The notes beneath the pieces were generated by a model. It was not told the DNA's origin, ran no database searches, and worked only from the letters and a program-made list of their open reading frames with translations. 64,000 nucleotides of DNA from Candidatus Magasanikiibacteriota bacterium. GTDB taxonomy: Bacteria > Patescibacteriota > Patescibacteriia > Magasanikbacterales > GWA2-37-8. The stretch is taken from NCBI GenBank assembly GCA_963802255.1, contig CAWDHY010000001.1, positions 107,274 to 171,273 on the forward strand, written 5' to 3'. This document shows, in pieces, positions 27,001 to 36,429 of this stretch. The translations under genes and the position numbers were made by a program. The stretch's first letter is position 1. Each line of letters starts with the position of its first letter.

Positions 27001-27639
27001 ATGAGAAAATCGGGGAAGAAATTCAGAAAAAATTTATTGTCATTTTCAGAAGGATTTTCTTTGCTGGAAGTTATTATTTCAGTCAGTATTTTTTTGTTAG
27101 TGATGGGCGGCATAACAGCCCTTTTCATTTTTGGTTTTCGCTCAAGAGCAATTATTATGGAACAGCTTCTGACTCAGACTGAAGGGCGGGCTATCGTTCA
27201 AAATCTGGTAAATGAGTTAAGAAGCGCCAGGCAGTCGTCTATCGGCGCTTACTCGATTGAAAAGGCGGTTAATAATGAAATAATATTTTTTTCAAATATT
27301 GACGCCGATTCATATCGCGAACGGATAAGGTATTTTCTGGATGGGACAGATTTAAAAAAAGGGGTGACCAAACCTACAGGCAACCCGATGTCGTATAATA
27401 CTAGCACAGAATCGGTTGTGATTATTGCCCATGATGTGATTAATCCGACTTCAACGCCAGTTTTTAAATATTATGACCAGTCTTACACCGGTACACAGGA
27501 TCCATTGACGATGCCGGTAAATATTACACAAATTCGTATTGTTAATGTTCATCTGATCATGGAGGAAGACCCAAATATATCGCCGGAACCGTTCGTTGTT
27601 CAGGCGAAAGCTGAAATACGGAATTTAAAAAATAATTGA
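27001..27639 (+). CDS. type IV minor pilin-like protein
   Basis: prepilin motif SFSEG|FSLLEVIISVSIFLLV with Glu at +5. Confidence 0.6.
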   Translation: MRKSGKKFRKNLLSFSEGFSLLEVIISVSIFLLVMGGITALFIFGFRSRAIIMEQLLTQTEGRAIVQNLVNELRSARQSSIGAYSIEKAVNNEIIFFSNIDADSYRERIRYFLDGTDLKKGVTKPTGNPMSYNTSTESVVIIAHDVINPTSTPVFKYYDQSYTGTQDPLTMPVNITQIRIVNVHLIMEEDPNISPEPFVVQAKAEIRNLKNN

Positions 27640-27640
27640 T

Positions 27641-29032
27641 ATGAAAAAAAGTTTTTTCGAAAAACATAAAAGAAAAATATTCACCAATAATCGCGGGACA
27701 GTATTGTTATACGCAACTGTATTTGGTTTTATAGCTTTTTCCATTGTTGTGGGGGCGATTTCCGGATATGCCATCTCCGAGCACCGAGCTTCAGTATATA
27801 AACATGGCAGGGAAATGGCCTTTCAGATTGCCGAAGCGGGTATCAATTATTATCGTTGGCATCTGGCCCATAATAAAGAGGACTTTCAAGATGGTACCGC
27901 CACGTCCGGACCGTACATTCATATATATGAAGATAAAGATGGAACAGCGATCGGACATTTTTCTCTAAATATTATTCCACCACTGATTGGTTCCAGCATT
28001 GTTACGGTTGAGTCAACCGGCTGGTTGGATAAACAGCCAAATAGCCGACGATCAATACGTGCTTTAATTGGCTTTTCTTCTCTTACTGATTTCTCCATAT
28101 TAACAGATTCCGATATTTGGATTGGCGACGATGAAACAGTGCATGGAAATTTTCATTCAAATGGCGGCGTTCGTTTTGATGGAGTTGGTGATGCCCCGAT
28201 TACAAGCGCGGTTCCCACTTATATTTGTAAAGAGCATATTGGTTGCGGCAATATTGAAAAGCCCGGTATTTGGGGAACTGGCGGCCCTAAAGATTTTTGG
28301 GAATTTCCTGTACCGGCAAAAGACTTTGACGCAGTGACATCAAAATTGTCTGATATCAAAACCGGGGCCCAGCCGGAAAACGGCGGTTTATATTTGACAT
28401 CATCCGGTAAATCAGGCTGGAGAATACGGTTCCGTTCTGATGAAAAAATTGATGTGAATAAGGTTAAAAGCGTAAATTGCTATAATGGTAAAGATATTGG
28501 TTCAAATAAATATGTAAATTATTGCATTGATATTAAAACAGTTGATACTACCGAGACATATGATATGCCGACCAGCAGTTTTATTTATGTTGAAGATACG
28601 GTTTGGGTTGATGGAGTGGTAAGAGGAAGGGTTACTATTGGCACGGCTGAAGGAAAATCAATCATTATTAATGACAATCTAACATATTCGTCAAAGGACG
28701 GAAGCGATACTCTGGGTCTAATTGCCGATCAAAATGTATTATTGCCATATAATTCACCAAATAATTTGGAAATAAATGCCGCCATGTTAGCTCAAAATGG
28801 TGCAGCAAAGCGCTATTATTACCCTGGCAATAAGAGAGATAATTTGATTGTTTATGGTTCGGTAATTTCTTCAGGCATTTGGACTTGGACTTGGGTTTCA
28901 GGAGGCGGACAAGTCATGTCCGGCTACTCCAGCACTTCAATGATATATGATACCAATCTCACATATGGGCCGCCGCCGGGATTTCCGGTTGGTTCGGATT
29001 ATAAGCTGATCAGTTGGGAAGAAATTGACTGA
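27641..29032 (+). CDS. pilus-associated protein with a pilin-like hydrophobic N-terminus (PilX-like position)
   Basis: N-terminal basic segment plus hydrophobic helix but no Glu at +5; translationally coupled to the upstream minor pilins. Confidence 0.35.
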   Translation: MKKSFFEKHKRKIFTNNRGTVLLYATVFGFIAFSIVVGAISGYAISEHRASVYKHGREMAFQIAEAGINYYRWHLAHNKEDFQDGTATSGPYIHIYEDKDGTAIGHFSLNIIPPLIGSSIVTVESTGWLDKQPNSRRSIRALIGFSSLTDFSILTDSDIWIGDDETVHGNFHSNGGVRFDGVGDAPITSAVPTYICKEHIGCGNIEKPGIWGTGGPKDFWEFPVPAKDFDAVTSKLSDIKTGAQPENGGLYLTSSGKSGWRIRFRSDEKIDVNKVKSVNCYNGKDIGSNKYVNYCIDIKTVDTTETYDMPTSSFIYVEDTVWVDGVVRGRVTIGTAEGKSIIINDNLTYSSKDGSDTLGLIADQNVLLPYNSPNNLEINAAMLAQNGAAKRYYYPGNKRDNLIVYGSVISSGIWTWTWVSGGGQVMSGYSSTSMIYDTNLTYGPPPGFPVGSDYKLISWEEID

Positions 29033-29035
29033 TTA

Positions 29036-29066
29036 TTTGCTTATACAGGAGATTTTTTGGTATAAT
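29036..29066 (+). promoter_or_regulatory. candidate extended -10 promoter (TGgTATAAT) for galU
   Basis: TGGTATAAT at 29058-29066, about 30 nt upstream of the galU ATG. Confidence 0.4.
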
Positions 29067-29095
29067 GCAACAAATATTATTATTAAATTTCAGAT

Positions 29096-29959
29096 ATGCC
29101 TATCAGAAAAATTGTTATTCCTGTAGCCGGAGTCGGCACTCGTTTTTTGCCTGCCACAAAAGCACAGCCAAAAGAAATGTTACCTGTTGTAGATAAACCG
29201 ATTATTCAATATGTGGTTGAGGATGCCGTGCGGGCGGGAATTACTGATATTATTTTTATTACCGGGCCGTCAAAACGGGCGGTTGAAGACCACTTCAGCC
29301 CAAATTATGAGTTAATTAGTTTATTAAAAAAAACAGGTAAAGAAGATGTAGCTGAAGAAGTAAAAAAAATTGCGGACATGGCTAATTTTATTTTTATCAG
29401 GCAAAAAGGTCCGTATGGCAACGGCACACCCGTCCTTTGTTCAAAACCTATTATTGGCGATGAGCCGTTTGCGGTGATGTGGGGAGATGAGTTTTTTTAC
29501 ACGCCAAAAAAATCCCAGCTAAAGCAATTGATTGATGTATTTGATAAGTACGGCGATCCGGTACTGACCGCGCATCAGGTAGATGCTGAAGGCACAAGAA
29601 AATACGGTATCATTGACGGTATTAAACTGGAAAATAATGTATATCAGGTAAAAAATATTGTGGAAAAACCTGGGCCGGAAAATGCACCGTCCCGTTTGGC
29701 CAGTTTAGGTGGGTATATTTTAACGCCGGATATTTTTGAGGCATTAGAAAATACAAAACTTGGGAAAGGGGGAGAGCGGTGGTTGGTAGATGCAATTTTT
29801 AAGCTTTTAAAAAGGCGGCCGATTTATGCCCGTCAGATAGATGGAGAATACTATGATACGGGATCAAAACTGGGTTATTTAAAAGCGAATGTTGATTTTG
29901 CTTTACGCGATAAAAAATTGGGAAAAGAGTTTAGAAAATACCTGAAAAGTGTGATATAA
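29096..29959 (+). CDS. galU: UTP--glucose-1-phosphate uridylyltransferase GalU
   Basis: N-terminus RKIVIPVAGVGTRFLPATKAQPKEMLPVVDKPIIQY is the canonical GalU signature. Confidence 0.85.
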   Translation: MPIRKIVIPVAGVGTRFLPATKAQPKEMLPVVDKPIIQYVVEDAVRAGITDIIFITGPSKRAVEDHFSPNYELISLLKKTGKEDVAEEVKKIADMANFIFIRQKGPYGNGTPVLCSKPIIGDEPFAVMWGDEFFYTPKKSQLKQLIDVFDKYGDPVLTAHQVDAEGTRKYGIIDGIKLENNVYQVKNIVEKPGPENAPSRLASLGGYILTPDIFEALENTKLGKGGERWLVDAIFKLLKRRPIYARQIDGEYYDTGSKLGYLKANVDFALRDKKLGKEFRKYLKSVI

Positions 29960-29996
29960 TTATATTACCAATATTTGTTTGGTAATTTAGCCATAA

Positions 29997-31412
29997 ATGT
30001 CTATGGCACATAAAAAATATATAAATATTTTTGCCACCATGTTGCTTGTGGCGTTTTTGGTATTTACAGGTTTTGGCTGTAAAGGGTTAACTGCAGAGCA
30101 ACAATCAGCCACCAAACCGGTGTCCTTGGAATATTGGACAGTTTATGATGACGTTGATGCAATAAATGAATTAGTTTCAAGATACAAAGCGGAGCGTCCA
30201 TATTTAAGCATTACTGTTAAACAGTTGCGGTCGGAAGAGCTTTACGATCGTTTGCTTGAGGCGCTGGCTGAAGACAAAGGTCCGGATATTATTTCCGTGC
30301 ATGTGCGTGAACTGAAAAAATTTCAGAGTAAGCTGGCGACAATGCCGCCCAGCGTTTCAGACACGACTATGGTAAACCAGAAAAATGTTATCGGGCAAGT
30401 TGAAACGATTGTTAATATCCGGCCGGTTGCTATGCCAACTGCATTTAATATTGACAGGGAATATTTAAAGACGGTAAAAACGGACGTCATTCTTGATAAT
30501 AAGATATATGGGCTGCCCCTTTCACTTGATACGATGGCTATTTTTTATAATAAAGATTTACTAGACAGATCGCAAATAGCTGAGCCGCCGACAACATGGG
30601 CGGAATTTCAATCAGCGGTTAGAAAAATATCAAAATTTAATGCAGAGACAGGCCAAATAGTGCAATCCGGCGCCGCGTTGGGAAGTGCAAGCAATATTGT
30701 TGGGATTGATGATATTTTGTATATTTTGTTCAAACAGAGCAACGTAGAAGTAGTCAATCGGGATAATCGGGCGGTTTTTAATATCGCTCCATCAGGCTTG
30801 GGCAGTGGAGTGGAATCACCGGCCGCATCTGTCATGACTTTTTATTCTGATTTTGCCAATCCGACGCGTGACACTTATTCTTGGAACGAATCGATGGATG
30901 ATTCTTTAGAAAGTTTTATTCAGGGGAAAGTCGCATTTTTTATCGGCTATAGCTATCACAATTCGCAAATAAAAACACGGGCGCCACAACTTAATTTTGG
31001 CGTATTGCCTATGCTTCAGCTTGATCCTGAAAAACCCGCGAATGCGGCAAATTATTGGATACAAACAGTGGTGGGTAAATCAAAACATCCTGGTGAGGCG
31101 TGGGGATTGATAAATTTTTTAACGCACACAAAAGCAACCGAAGATTATTTAAATAAAACTAAACGCCCGACAGCCCTTAGGAGTCTTGTTGATAAACAAA
31201 AAGAAGATATTGATTTAAGCCCGTTCGTTTCACAGTTGTTGATTGCGGAAAATTGGTACAGGGGCACGGATTATGAAGCGGCGGTTCAGGCGTTTAAGGA
31301 CATGACGACCGAGTGGCAATCAGTGCCGCCGAATTATGCCGGCAGAGAAGCACAGTGGGGGCAGGAAGTACTGAACCGCGCTGCAGCAAAAATTAACCAG
31401 ACGCTGAAATAA
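29997..31412 (+). CDS. extracellular solute-binding lipoprotein (ABC transporter substrate-binding protein, family 1-like)
   Basis: signal peptide plus lipobox FTGFGCKG; about 470 aa; SBP-like composition. Confidence 0.5.
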   Translation: MSMAHKKYINIFATMLLVAFLVFTGFGCKGLTAEQQSATKPVSLEYWTVYDDVDAINELVSRYKAERPYLSITVKQLRSEELYDRLLEALAEDKGPDIISVHVRELKKFQSKLATMPPSVSDTTMVNQKNVIGQVETIVNIRPVAMPTAFNIDREYLKTVKTDVILDNKIYGLPLSLDTMAIFYNKDLLDRSQIAEPPTTWAEFQSAVRKISKFNAETGQIVQSGAALGSASNIVGIDDILYILFKQSNVEVVNRDNRAVFNIAPSGLGSGVESPAASVMTFYSDFANPTRDTYSWNESMDDSLESFIQGKVAFFIGYSYHNSQIKTRAPQLNFGVLPMLQLDPEKPANAANYWIQTVVGKSKHPGEAWGLINFLTHTKATEDYLNKTKRPTALRSLVDKQKEDIDLSPFVSQLLIAENWYRGTDYEAAVQAFKDMTTEWQSVPPNYAGREAQWGQEVLNRAAAKINQTLK

Positions 31413-31413
31413 T

Positions 31414-32400
31414 ATGAAGAATATTTTTAGAATATTAATTGCATCGGTTATTTTCAGTTGTTTGTTTTTGGTTGCGCAGAGCCAAGCGGCTGCTCTTTAT
31501 TGTCACGATGGCGATAACTGCTACGAAGTAAATGAATCAAATTTGGCAGATTGTGCCAATATTAGTGAGACGCCATGTTCGACTAGCAGTTCTTCCGGTG
31601 CGTCAGCACAACCGACAAGTAAAATAATTCCGGCATGTCTTTTGGGGAATAATATAGACGGAAGTTGTGATAACATAAATATTTTTATCACATTTGCCAT
31701 AAATATCGGCATATATATTTTTGGCTTTATCGGGGCATTGGCTCTTCTGATGTTTGTTTATGGCGGTTTTATTTTGATAATGTCACAGGGCAACCAGGAA
31801 AAAGTTAAAAAAGGGACGGGCGCAATCACTGCGGCGGTTATAGGGTTAGTAATTGCATTTAGCGCTTACGCGCTGATTACATTCCTGAGTAATACTATTG
31901 GTGTAAAATCAGGGAAGAGCATAAATTTTGTGGAGACAGTATTTGCACAATCTTCAGAAGAAGGTAATGGCTGTATCATTGATGGAAAATGTATAATTTT
32001 GTCTGATCCGGGTGAATTTTGTGGCGATCCATGCAATTACGATTTAGAATTATTAACCCCGGTGGAATTAAATGAAATGCAGGACGTGCTCGAAGGCGGG
32101 CAGACAAAGCCGGCACAAAAGGGTATCTCTTCACTGGTAGCGGGCGCAAAAAAATTAAATCCAATGCAAATCAGCTCTCCGTATAGTCTGCTTGCGGGTG
32201 GAGTAAATATTTTGCTTGCGTTCATGGGTTCTATTGCATTATTGTTGTATATTTATGCCGGTTTTATCTGGATGTCTGCGGGAGGATCGGCAGACAAGAT
32301 TACTAAGGCCAAAAAAATTCTCATCTGGACAACTTTCGGGATTCTCGCGATGACCGGTAGTTACATGGTTGTTAATACTATACTCAAGCAAATAGGCTAA
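31414..32400 (+). CDS. two-TM pilin-like protein (TrbC/VirB2-like), double-domain paralog 1
   Basis: signal peptide; two copies of the core (LLMFVYGGFILIMSQGNQEKVKKG..IGLVIAFSAYALITF and LLYIYAGFIWMSAGGSADKITKAKKIL..GILAMTGSYMVVNTIL) separated by a Cys-rich segment. Confidence 0.6.
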   Translation: MKNIFRILIASVIFSCLFLVAQSQAAALYCHDGDNCYEVNESNLADCANISETPCSTSSSSGASAQPTSKIIPACLLGNNIDGSCDNINIFITFAINIGIYIFGFIGALALLMFVYGGFILIMSQGNQEKVKKGTGAITAAVIGLVIAFSAYALITFLSNTIGVKSGKSINFVETVFAQSSEEGNGCIIDGKCIILSDPGEFCGDPCNYDLELLTPVELNEMQDVLEGGQTKPAQKGISSLVAGAKKLNPMQISSPYSLLAGGVNILLAFMGSIALLLYIYAGFIWMSAGGSADKITKAKKILIWTTFGILAMTGSYMVVNTILKQIG

Positions 32401-32406
32401 ACAAAT

Positions 32407-32805
32407 ATGAGACTACTTAAACAGATACTAATTTTTACACTACTGTTGAATGGCGTTATGATACTTGCACCGGTCGTATGTTTTTCAAGTGAAGTAAAAA
32501 CAGTAGATCTTGAAAACCCGATACAGTTAAAAGATAGTAAGGGTAAAGTGCTGAAAGATGAAGCGATTACCCCGGCTGTAATAATAGGTACGGTAATAAA
32601 GTCGTTTTTAGGGGTTGTCGGCGGCTTATCATTGGTAATGATGGTTTATGGAGGTTTTCAGTGGCTCACCTCTGCCGGGAATGACGAAAAGGTTAAGCGC
32701 GGCACACAAACGATGATGTGGTCAATAATCGGATTAGTGGTGGTTTTAGCCAGTTATTTACTGGTCAATACTGTTCTTAGATTTTTGGCTGGTGCAAAGT
32801 CTTGA
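32407..32805 (+). CDS. two-TM pilin-like protein, paralog 2
   Basis: core LVMMVYGGFQWLTSAGNDEKVKRGTQTM..IGLVVVLASYLLVNTVL. Confidence 0.6.
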   Translation: MRLLKQILIFTLLLNGVMILAPVVCFSSEVKTVDLENPIQLKDSKGKVLKDEAITPAVIIGTVIKSFLGVVGGLSLVMMVYGGFQWLTSAGNDEKVKRGTQTMMWSIIGLVVVLASYLLVNTVLRFLAGAKS

Positions 32806-32896
32806 TGATTGCGTAAAATATCATTTTAAGATAAAATATTTTTAAGTAATGATTATCCGGCACATAAGTGCCAATTCCTTGAAAGGGGGTGAAATT

Positions 32897-33310
32897 ATGA
32901 AAAAATTAGTAGTATTTGCAGCTTCATTTGCCTTGTTATTGGGTGGTTTTATGAGTTTCAATGTAGCTCCGGCATATGCCAGCGAAGGCGTTCTCGGTAC
33001 AGATGATTTAGGCATTGGATATGCAGCTGATACAGGTCTCGGTAGTGAAGATGTTCGTGCCACAGTTGCACGTATCATCCGAGTGGCCATGGGCCTGCTA
33101 GGTATCGTCGCTGTTGTTATTATTTTGATCGGTGGTTTTAAATGGATGACTGCCGGCGGTAATGAAGAACAGGTCGGAGAAGCTAAAAAATGGATATTCT
33201 CCGGTGTGATTGGTTTGGCTATTATTTTGTCAGCATATGCGTTAGCCAGCTTTATTATTTCTCAATTAGTCACGGCAACAACCGGGACGGGTTCCGGTAC
33301 GGGACTATAA
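32897..33310 (+). CDS. two-TM pilin-like protein, paralog 3
   Basis: SD GGGGGTG upstream of ATG 32897; core IILIGGFKWMTAGGNEEQVGEAKKWI..IGLAIILSAYALASFII. Confidence 0.6.
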   Translation: MKKLVVFAASFALLLGGFMSFNVAPAYASEGVLGTDDLGIGYAADTGLGSEDVRATVARIIRVAMGLLGIVAVVIILIGGFKWMTAGGNEEQVGEAKKWIFSGVIGLAIILSAYALASFIISQLVTATTGTGSGTGL

Positions 33311-33398
33311 GTTTTTTCTGTCAGGGGGTTCGCGCGCGCAACCCCCTGACAGAAATTCCGGTTTGGTTTTTTTAAAAAGAATCCAGACCAGAATAAAT

Positions 33399-33818
33399 AT
33401 GGCCATTAAAAGGCTTTTTCTAGTGTTGATATTAACGGGGGCATTTTTTTTGCCTGTGTTTGTTGGCGCTCAAGGAGAAATGAATGATAAATATGGTCTT
33501 GATAAAACAGCGAATAAGACTAAATTACCAACTCTTGGTATAAGCAAACAAACACCGGAAACGCTGGCTAATACTATTGTAACGACAGTTTTAATGTTCG
33601 TCGGAACGATTTTTTTCTTGTTGGTTTTGTATGCAGGATTATCCTGGATGACGGCCGGCGGATCTTCTGAAAAAGTTAATAAAGCTAAAATGATGCTGGA
33701 AACAGCGGTAATTGGCTTGTTAATTGTTGCTGCCTCATATGCTATTTCAATATTTGTATTTGAAAGGCTGACAACCCCGCCGGAAGTAACTGCTCCGGCA
33801 ACCTCAACAGCGCAATAA
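33399..33818 (+). CDS. two-TM pilin-like protein, paralog 4
   Basis: core LLVLYAGLSWMTAGGSSEKVNKAKMML..IGLLIVAASYAISIFVF. Confidence 0.55.
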   Translation: MAIKRLFLVLILTGAFFLPVFVGAQGEMNDKYGLDKTANKTKLPTLGISKQTPETLANTIVTTVLMFVGTIFFLLVLYAGLSWMTAGGSSEKVNKAKMMLETAVIGLLIVAASYAISIFVFERLTTPPEVTAPATSTAQ

Positions 33819-33821
33819 TGT

Positions 33822-34811
33822 ATGATTAAAAATTTTACAAAATTAACCGCAGCAGTTGTGGCCGCCTCGATCATGGTTGCATCATTGTGGATGGCGATAA
33901 ATGTTGTGAAGGCTCAAGGCGACGCGACATATGGCCTGCAAACAGCCGGCCAACAATCAGGTTTGGCATCAAATCAAATTTCCGCGGGTGCAGCGGGTGG
34001 AAGTATCCCGAAAGTTTTGGGTAATTTAGTATCAATTGCGTTGTCTTTAGTTGGCGTTTATTTTTTTATTTTGATTTTATACGCCGGACTTACATGGATG
34101 ACTGCCGCCGGTTCGCAGGAAAAGGTGGCATCGGCAAAAAGTCGTCTGCAGTCGGCGGCGATCGGCTTAGTTATTGTGCTTTCTGCTTATACTATTACCA
34201 GCTTTGTTTTTGATACTTTTATTCAAGAATCAGGAGAAGTATGCGCGAATACCCCGGATGGAGTATATGCTGCGGAATGTGCGGCTAAGGGCCTAAACCA
34301 AGTATGTAAAAGTCAAAAATGTGTAAGTGAGTGTGAATATGCCTTTAAAGATGCCGGAGGATCTTGTATTGATATCAATACAAAGTCATGCGAAGACAAA
34401 AAAATTATTTCAGGATTATGCAGTACTGAAGGTTTTGAATGTTGTATTCCTACTGAAGCATACGCCGCATGGGTTAGTTCTGGGGCTTCAGCGCCGGAGT
34501 CTGTGGAAAGCGGTACCTCGGAAAAAACCGCCTGTGAGAAGCAGCCGGGTTTCCAATGTGCGGAAAAATTTACTTGCGAGGACATTTTAAACGGGAAATC
34601 TTCCGACCCGCAAGGTTGCCCCACCGGGCAAGTTTGTTGTAAGAATTGTATGAAATTGGGGGGGCATTGTATTGATACTACAAGATTTGTCTGCAATAAT
34701 GAGCAAAAAAATCAGAAAAGCGGTTTTTGCTACGGAGCATATCAGGCCGCTGATTTTAAGTGTTGCATCGGCACATATGAATCGCAAGTCAGTGATATAT
34801 ATTTTAAATAA
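33822..34811 (+). CDS. two-TM pilin-like protein, paralog 5, with a ~190-aa Cys-rich C-terminal domain
   Basis: core ILILYAGLTWMTAAGSQEKVASAKSRL..IGLVIVLSAYTITSFVF; more than 20 Cys in the C-terminal region. Confidence 0.6.
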   Translation: MIKNFTKLTAAVVAASIMVASLWMAINVVKAQGDATYGLQTAGQQSGLASNQISAGAAGGSIPKVLGNLVSIALSLVGVYFFILILYAGLTWMTAAGSQEKVASAKSRLQSAAIGLVIVLSAYTITSFVFDTFIQESGEVCANTPDGVYAAECAAKGLNQVCKSQKCVSECEYAFKDAGGSCIDINTKSCEDKKIISGLCSTEGFECCIPTEAYAAWVSSGASAPESVESGTSEKTACEKQPGFQCAEKFTCEDILNGKSSDPQGCPTGQVCCKNCMKLGGHCIDTTRFVCNNEQKNQKSGFCYGAYQAADFKCCIGTYESQVSDIYFK

Positions 34812-34817
34812 TACTTT

Positions 34818-35291
34818 ATGAAAAAAATTATTGTATACATAATTGTCTCTCTGGCTATTTTGGCTCCGCAGTTTGTTTTTGCTGACGCATTGGGGACAAG
34901 TTTATTAAATAAATCAGTTGGGGGAGTTGGCCTTGAATCCAGTCTTGAGACAAGCACCGCGAATGTAATAATCGCAGTTTTGGCAGTAGTTGGGACAGTA
35001 TTTTTAGTTTTAACGGTTGTTGCCGGAATTATGTGGATGACCGCTTCCGGCAATGAAGAAAAAATTACAAAGGCAAAAAAAATTATAATTGGTGCGATTA
35101 TCGGCTTGGCAATTACGTTATTTGCCTACACCATTACCGCCTTTGTTTCTTCGCGATTAGTCCAAAGCGGCAATGTTGAAGGAACGAGTAATTGTAATCA
35201 AATGGGAGGAACTTGTGTGAGCGTCAGTACATGCCCTTCGGGTAATGTTATCGGTTCATGTCCGTCAGGAGATGTTTGCTGCAGTTTATAA
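34818..35291 (+). CDS. two-TM pilin-like protein, paralog 6, with a short Cys-rich tail
   Basis: core VVAGIMWMTASGNEEKITKAKKII..IGLAITLFAYTITAFV; tail CNQMGGTCVSVSTCPSGNVIGSCPSGDVCC. Confidence 0.6.
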   Translation: MKKIIVYIIVSLAILAPQFVFADALGTSLLNKSVGGVGLESSLETSTANVIIAVLAVVGTVFLVLTVVAGIMWMTASGNEEKITKAKKIIIGAIIGLAITLFAYTITAFVSSRLVQSGNVEGTSNCNQMGGTCVSVSTCPSGNVIGSCPSGDVCCSL

Positions 35292-35296
35292 TAATT

Positions 35297-35830
35297 ATGA
35301 AATTGCATAAAAAAATATTGGTTATTTTATTTGCACTGATTATTTTTCCTGTTTGCGTCGGCGCAGCCGATGAACCGAGAGGCCTTCAGACAGCAGGATC
35401 AAAACTCGGGAGCATACAATCATCAGTCGGTTTGTCATCAGATATATCTTCATTCACTGAAAATGCTTTGAAAGGTTTTTTCTATTTATTAGGCACGGCC
35501 TTTCTTATTTTGACCATATACGGTGGATTTGTCTGGATAAAAGCGGCCGGACGCGATGAAGAAGTAACCCGGGCAAAAAAAATTATCACCACGGCAGTTA
35601 TTGGCTTACTAATTTTGCTTTCATCATACGCCATTACTTTCTTTGTTTTATTGCGGATAGCGGGCGCACCAGTCAGCGGCGAACCTATAAGCGGGCCATC
35701 CGGCGGTAGTACCGCAGGCTTGGGGTGCTGTATGTCAACTGAAAATCCGGCTAATATTACGCCGATGTCAAAAGAGGCTTGCGTTGCAAAAGGCGGGGCA
35801 TTTATGTGGACGTCTTCACCATGCAAATAA
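35297..35830 (+). CDS. two-TM pilin-like protein, paralog 7, with a Cys-rich tail
   Basis: ATG at 35297 (the track begins at 35258); core LTIYGGFVWIKAAGRDEEVTRAKKII..IGLLILLSSYAITFFVL; tail GCCMSTENP..CVAKGG..SSPCK. Confidence 0.6.
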   Translation: MKLHKKILVILFALIIFPVCVGAADEPRGLQTAGSKLGSIQSSVGLSSDISSFTENALKGFFYLLGTAFLILTIYGGFVWIKAAGRDEEVTRAKKIITTAVIGLLILLSSYAITFFVLLRIAGAPVSGEPISGPSGGSTAGLGCCMSTENPANITPMSKEACVAKGGAFMWTSSPCK

Positions 35831-35855
35831 TCTATTAATATTTATCAGGGAAAAT

Positions 35856-36425
35856 ATGTTTAAAAAAAGATTACTGTTTATCGCAATGCTCGGTCTTTTT
35901 ATTTTTCCGATAATTGCTTATTGTGCTCCGAATATAGGGCTTGGACAGAGTGGAATGGCGCAAAATATTGCCGGTCAAGCTGGCTATGACACGAGTGGAG
36001 ATGAATACGCTTTATCGCGGACCATTGGCGGAATAATACGTGGTGTTTTATCTTTAGTTGGTGTAATTTTTTTGGTTCTAACTATTTACGCTGGCCTTCT
36101 TTGGATGACGGCATCGGGAGCGGAAGATAAAATCTCTAAAGCAAAAGATATTTTAAAATCGTCGGTTATCGGTTTAGCCATTGTTGCTTCGGCGTATGGT
36201 ATAACCGCATTGGTTATGAGTTTTGTCATCGGCGCATCGGCTCCAAGCACGGATACCGGCCAATACGGGCCAGAATCAACAATGGGCTGTTGTTATTGGG
36301 AGGCAGAAAAGAAGTGCGCCCAAACTACATCGGCGGCGACATGCGGACAAAAATGGGAAGATGCGAGGTGGTATGCCGGAGAATCATGCACTCCATATTT
36401 TGATTGTGAACATATTGAATATTAA
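35856..36425 (+). CDS. two-TM pilin-like protein, paralog 8, with a Cys-rich tail
   Basis: ATG at 35856; core LTIYAGLLWMTASGAEDKISKAKDIL..IGLAIVASAYGITALVM; tail GCCYWEAEKKC..CGQKWEDARWYAGESCTPYFDCEH. Confidence 0.6.
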   Translation: MFKKRLLFIAMLGLFIFPIIAYCAPNIGLGQSGMAQNIAGQAGYDTSGDEYALSRTIGGIIRGVLSLVGVIFLVLTIYAGLLWMTASGAEDKISKAKDILKSSVIGLAIVASAYGITALVMSFVIGASAPSTDTGQYGPESTMGCCYWEAEKKCAQTTSAATCGQKWEDARWYAGESCTPYFDCEHIEY

Positions 36426-36429
36426 TTTT

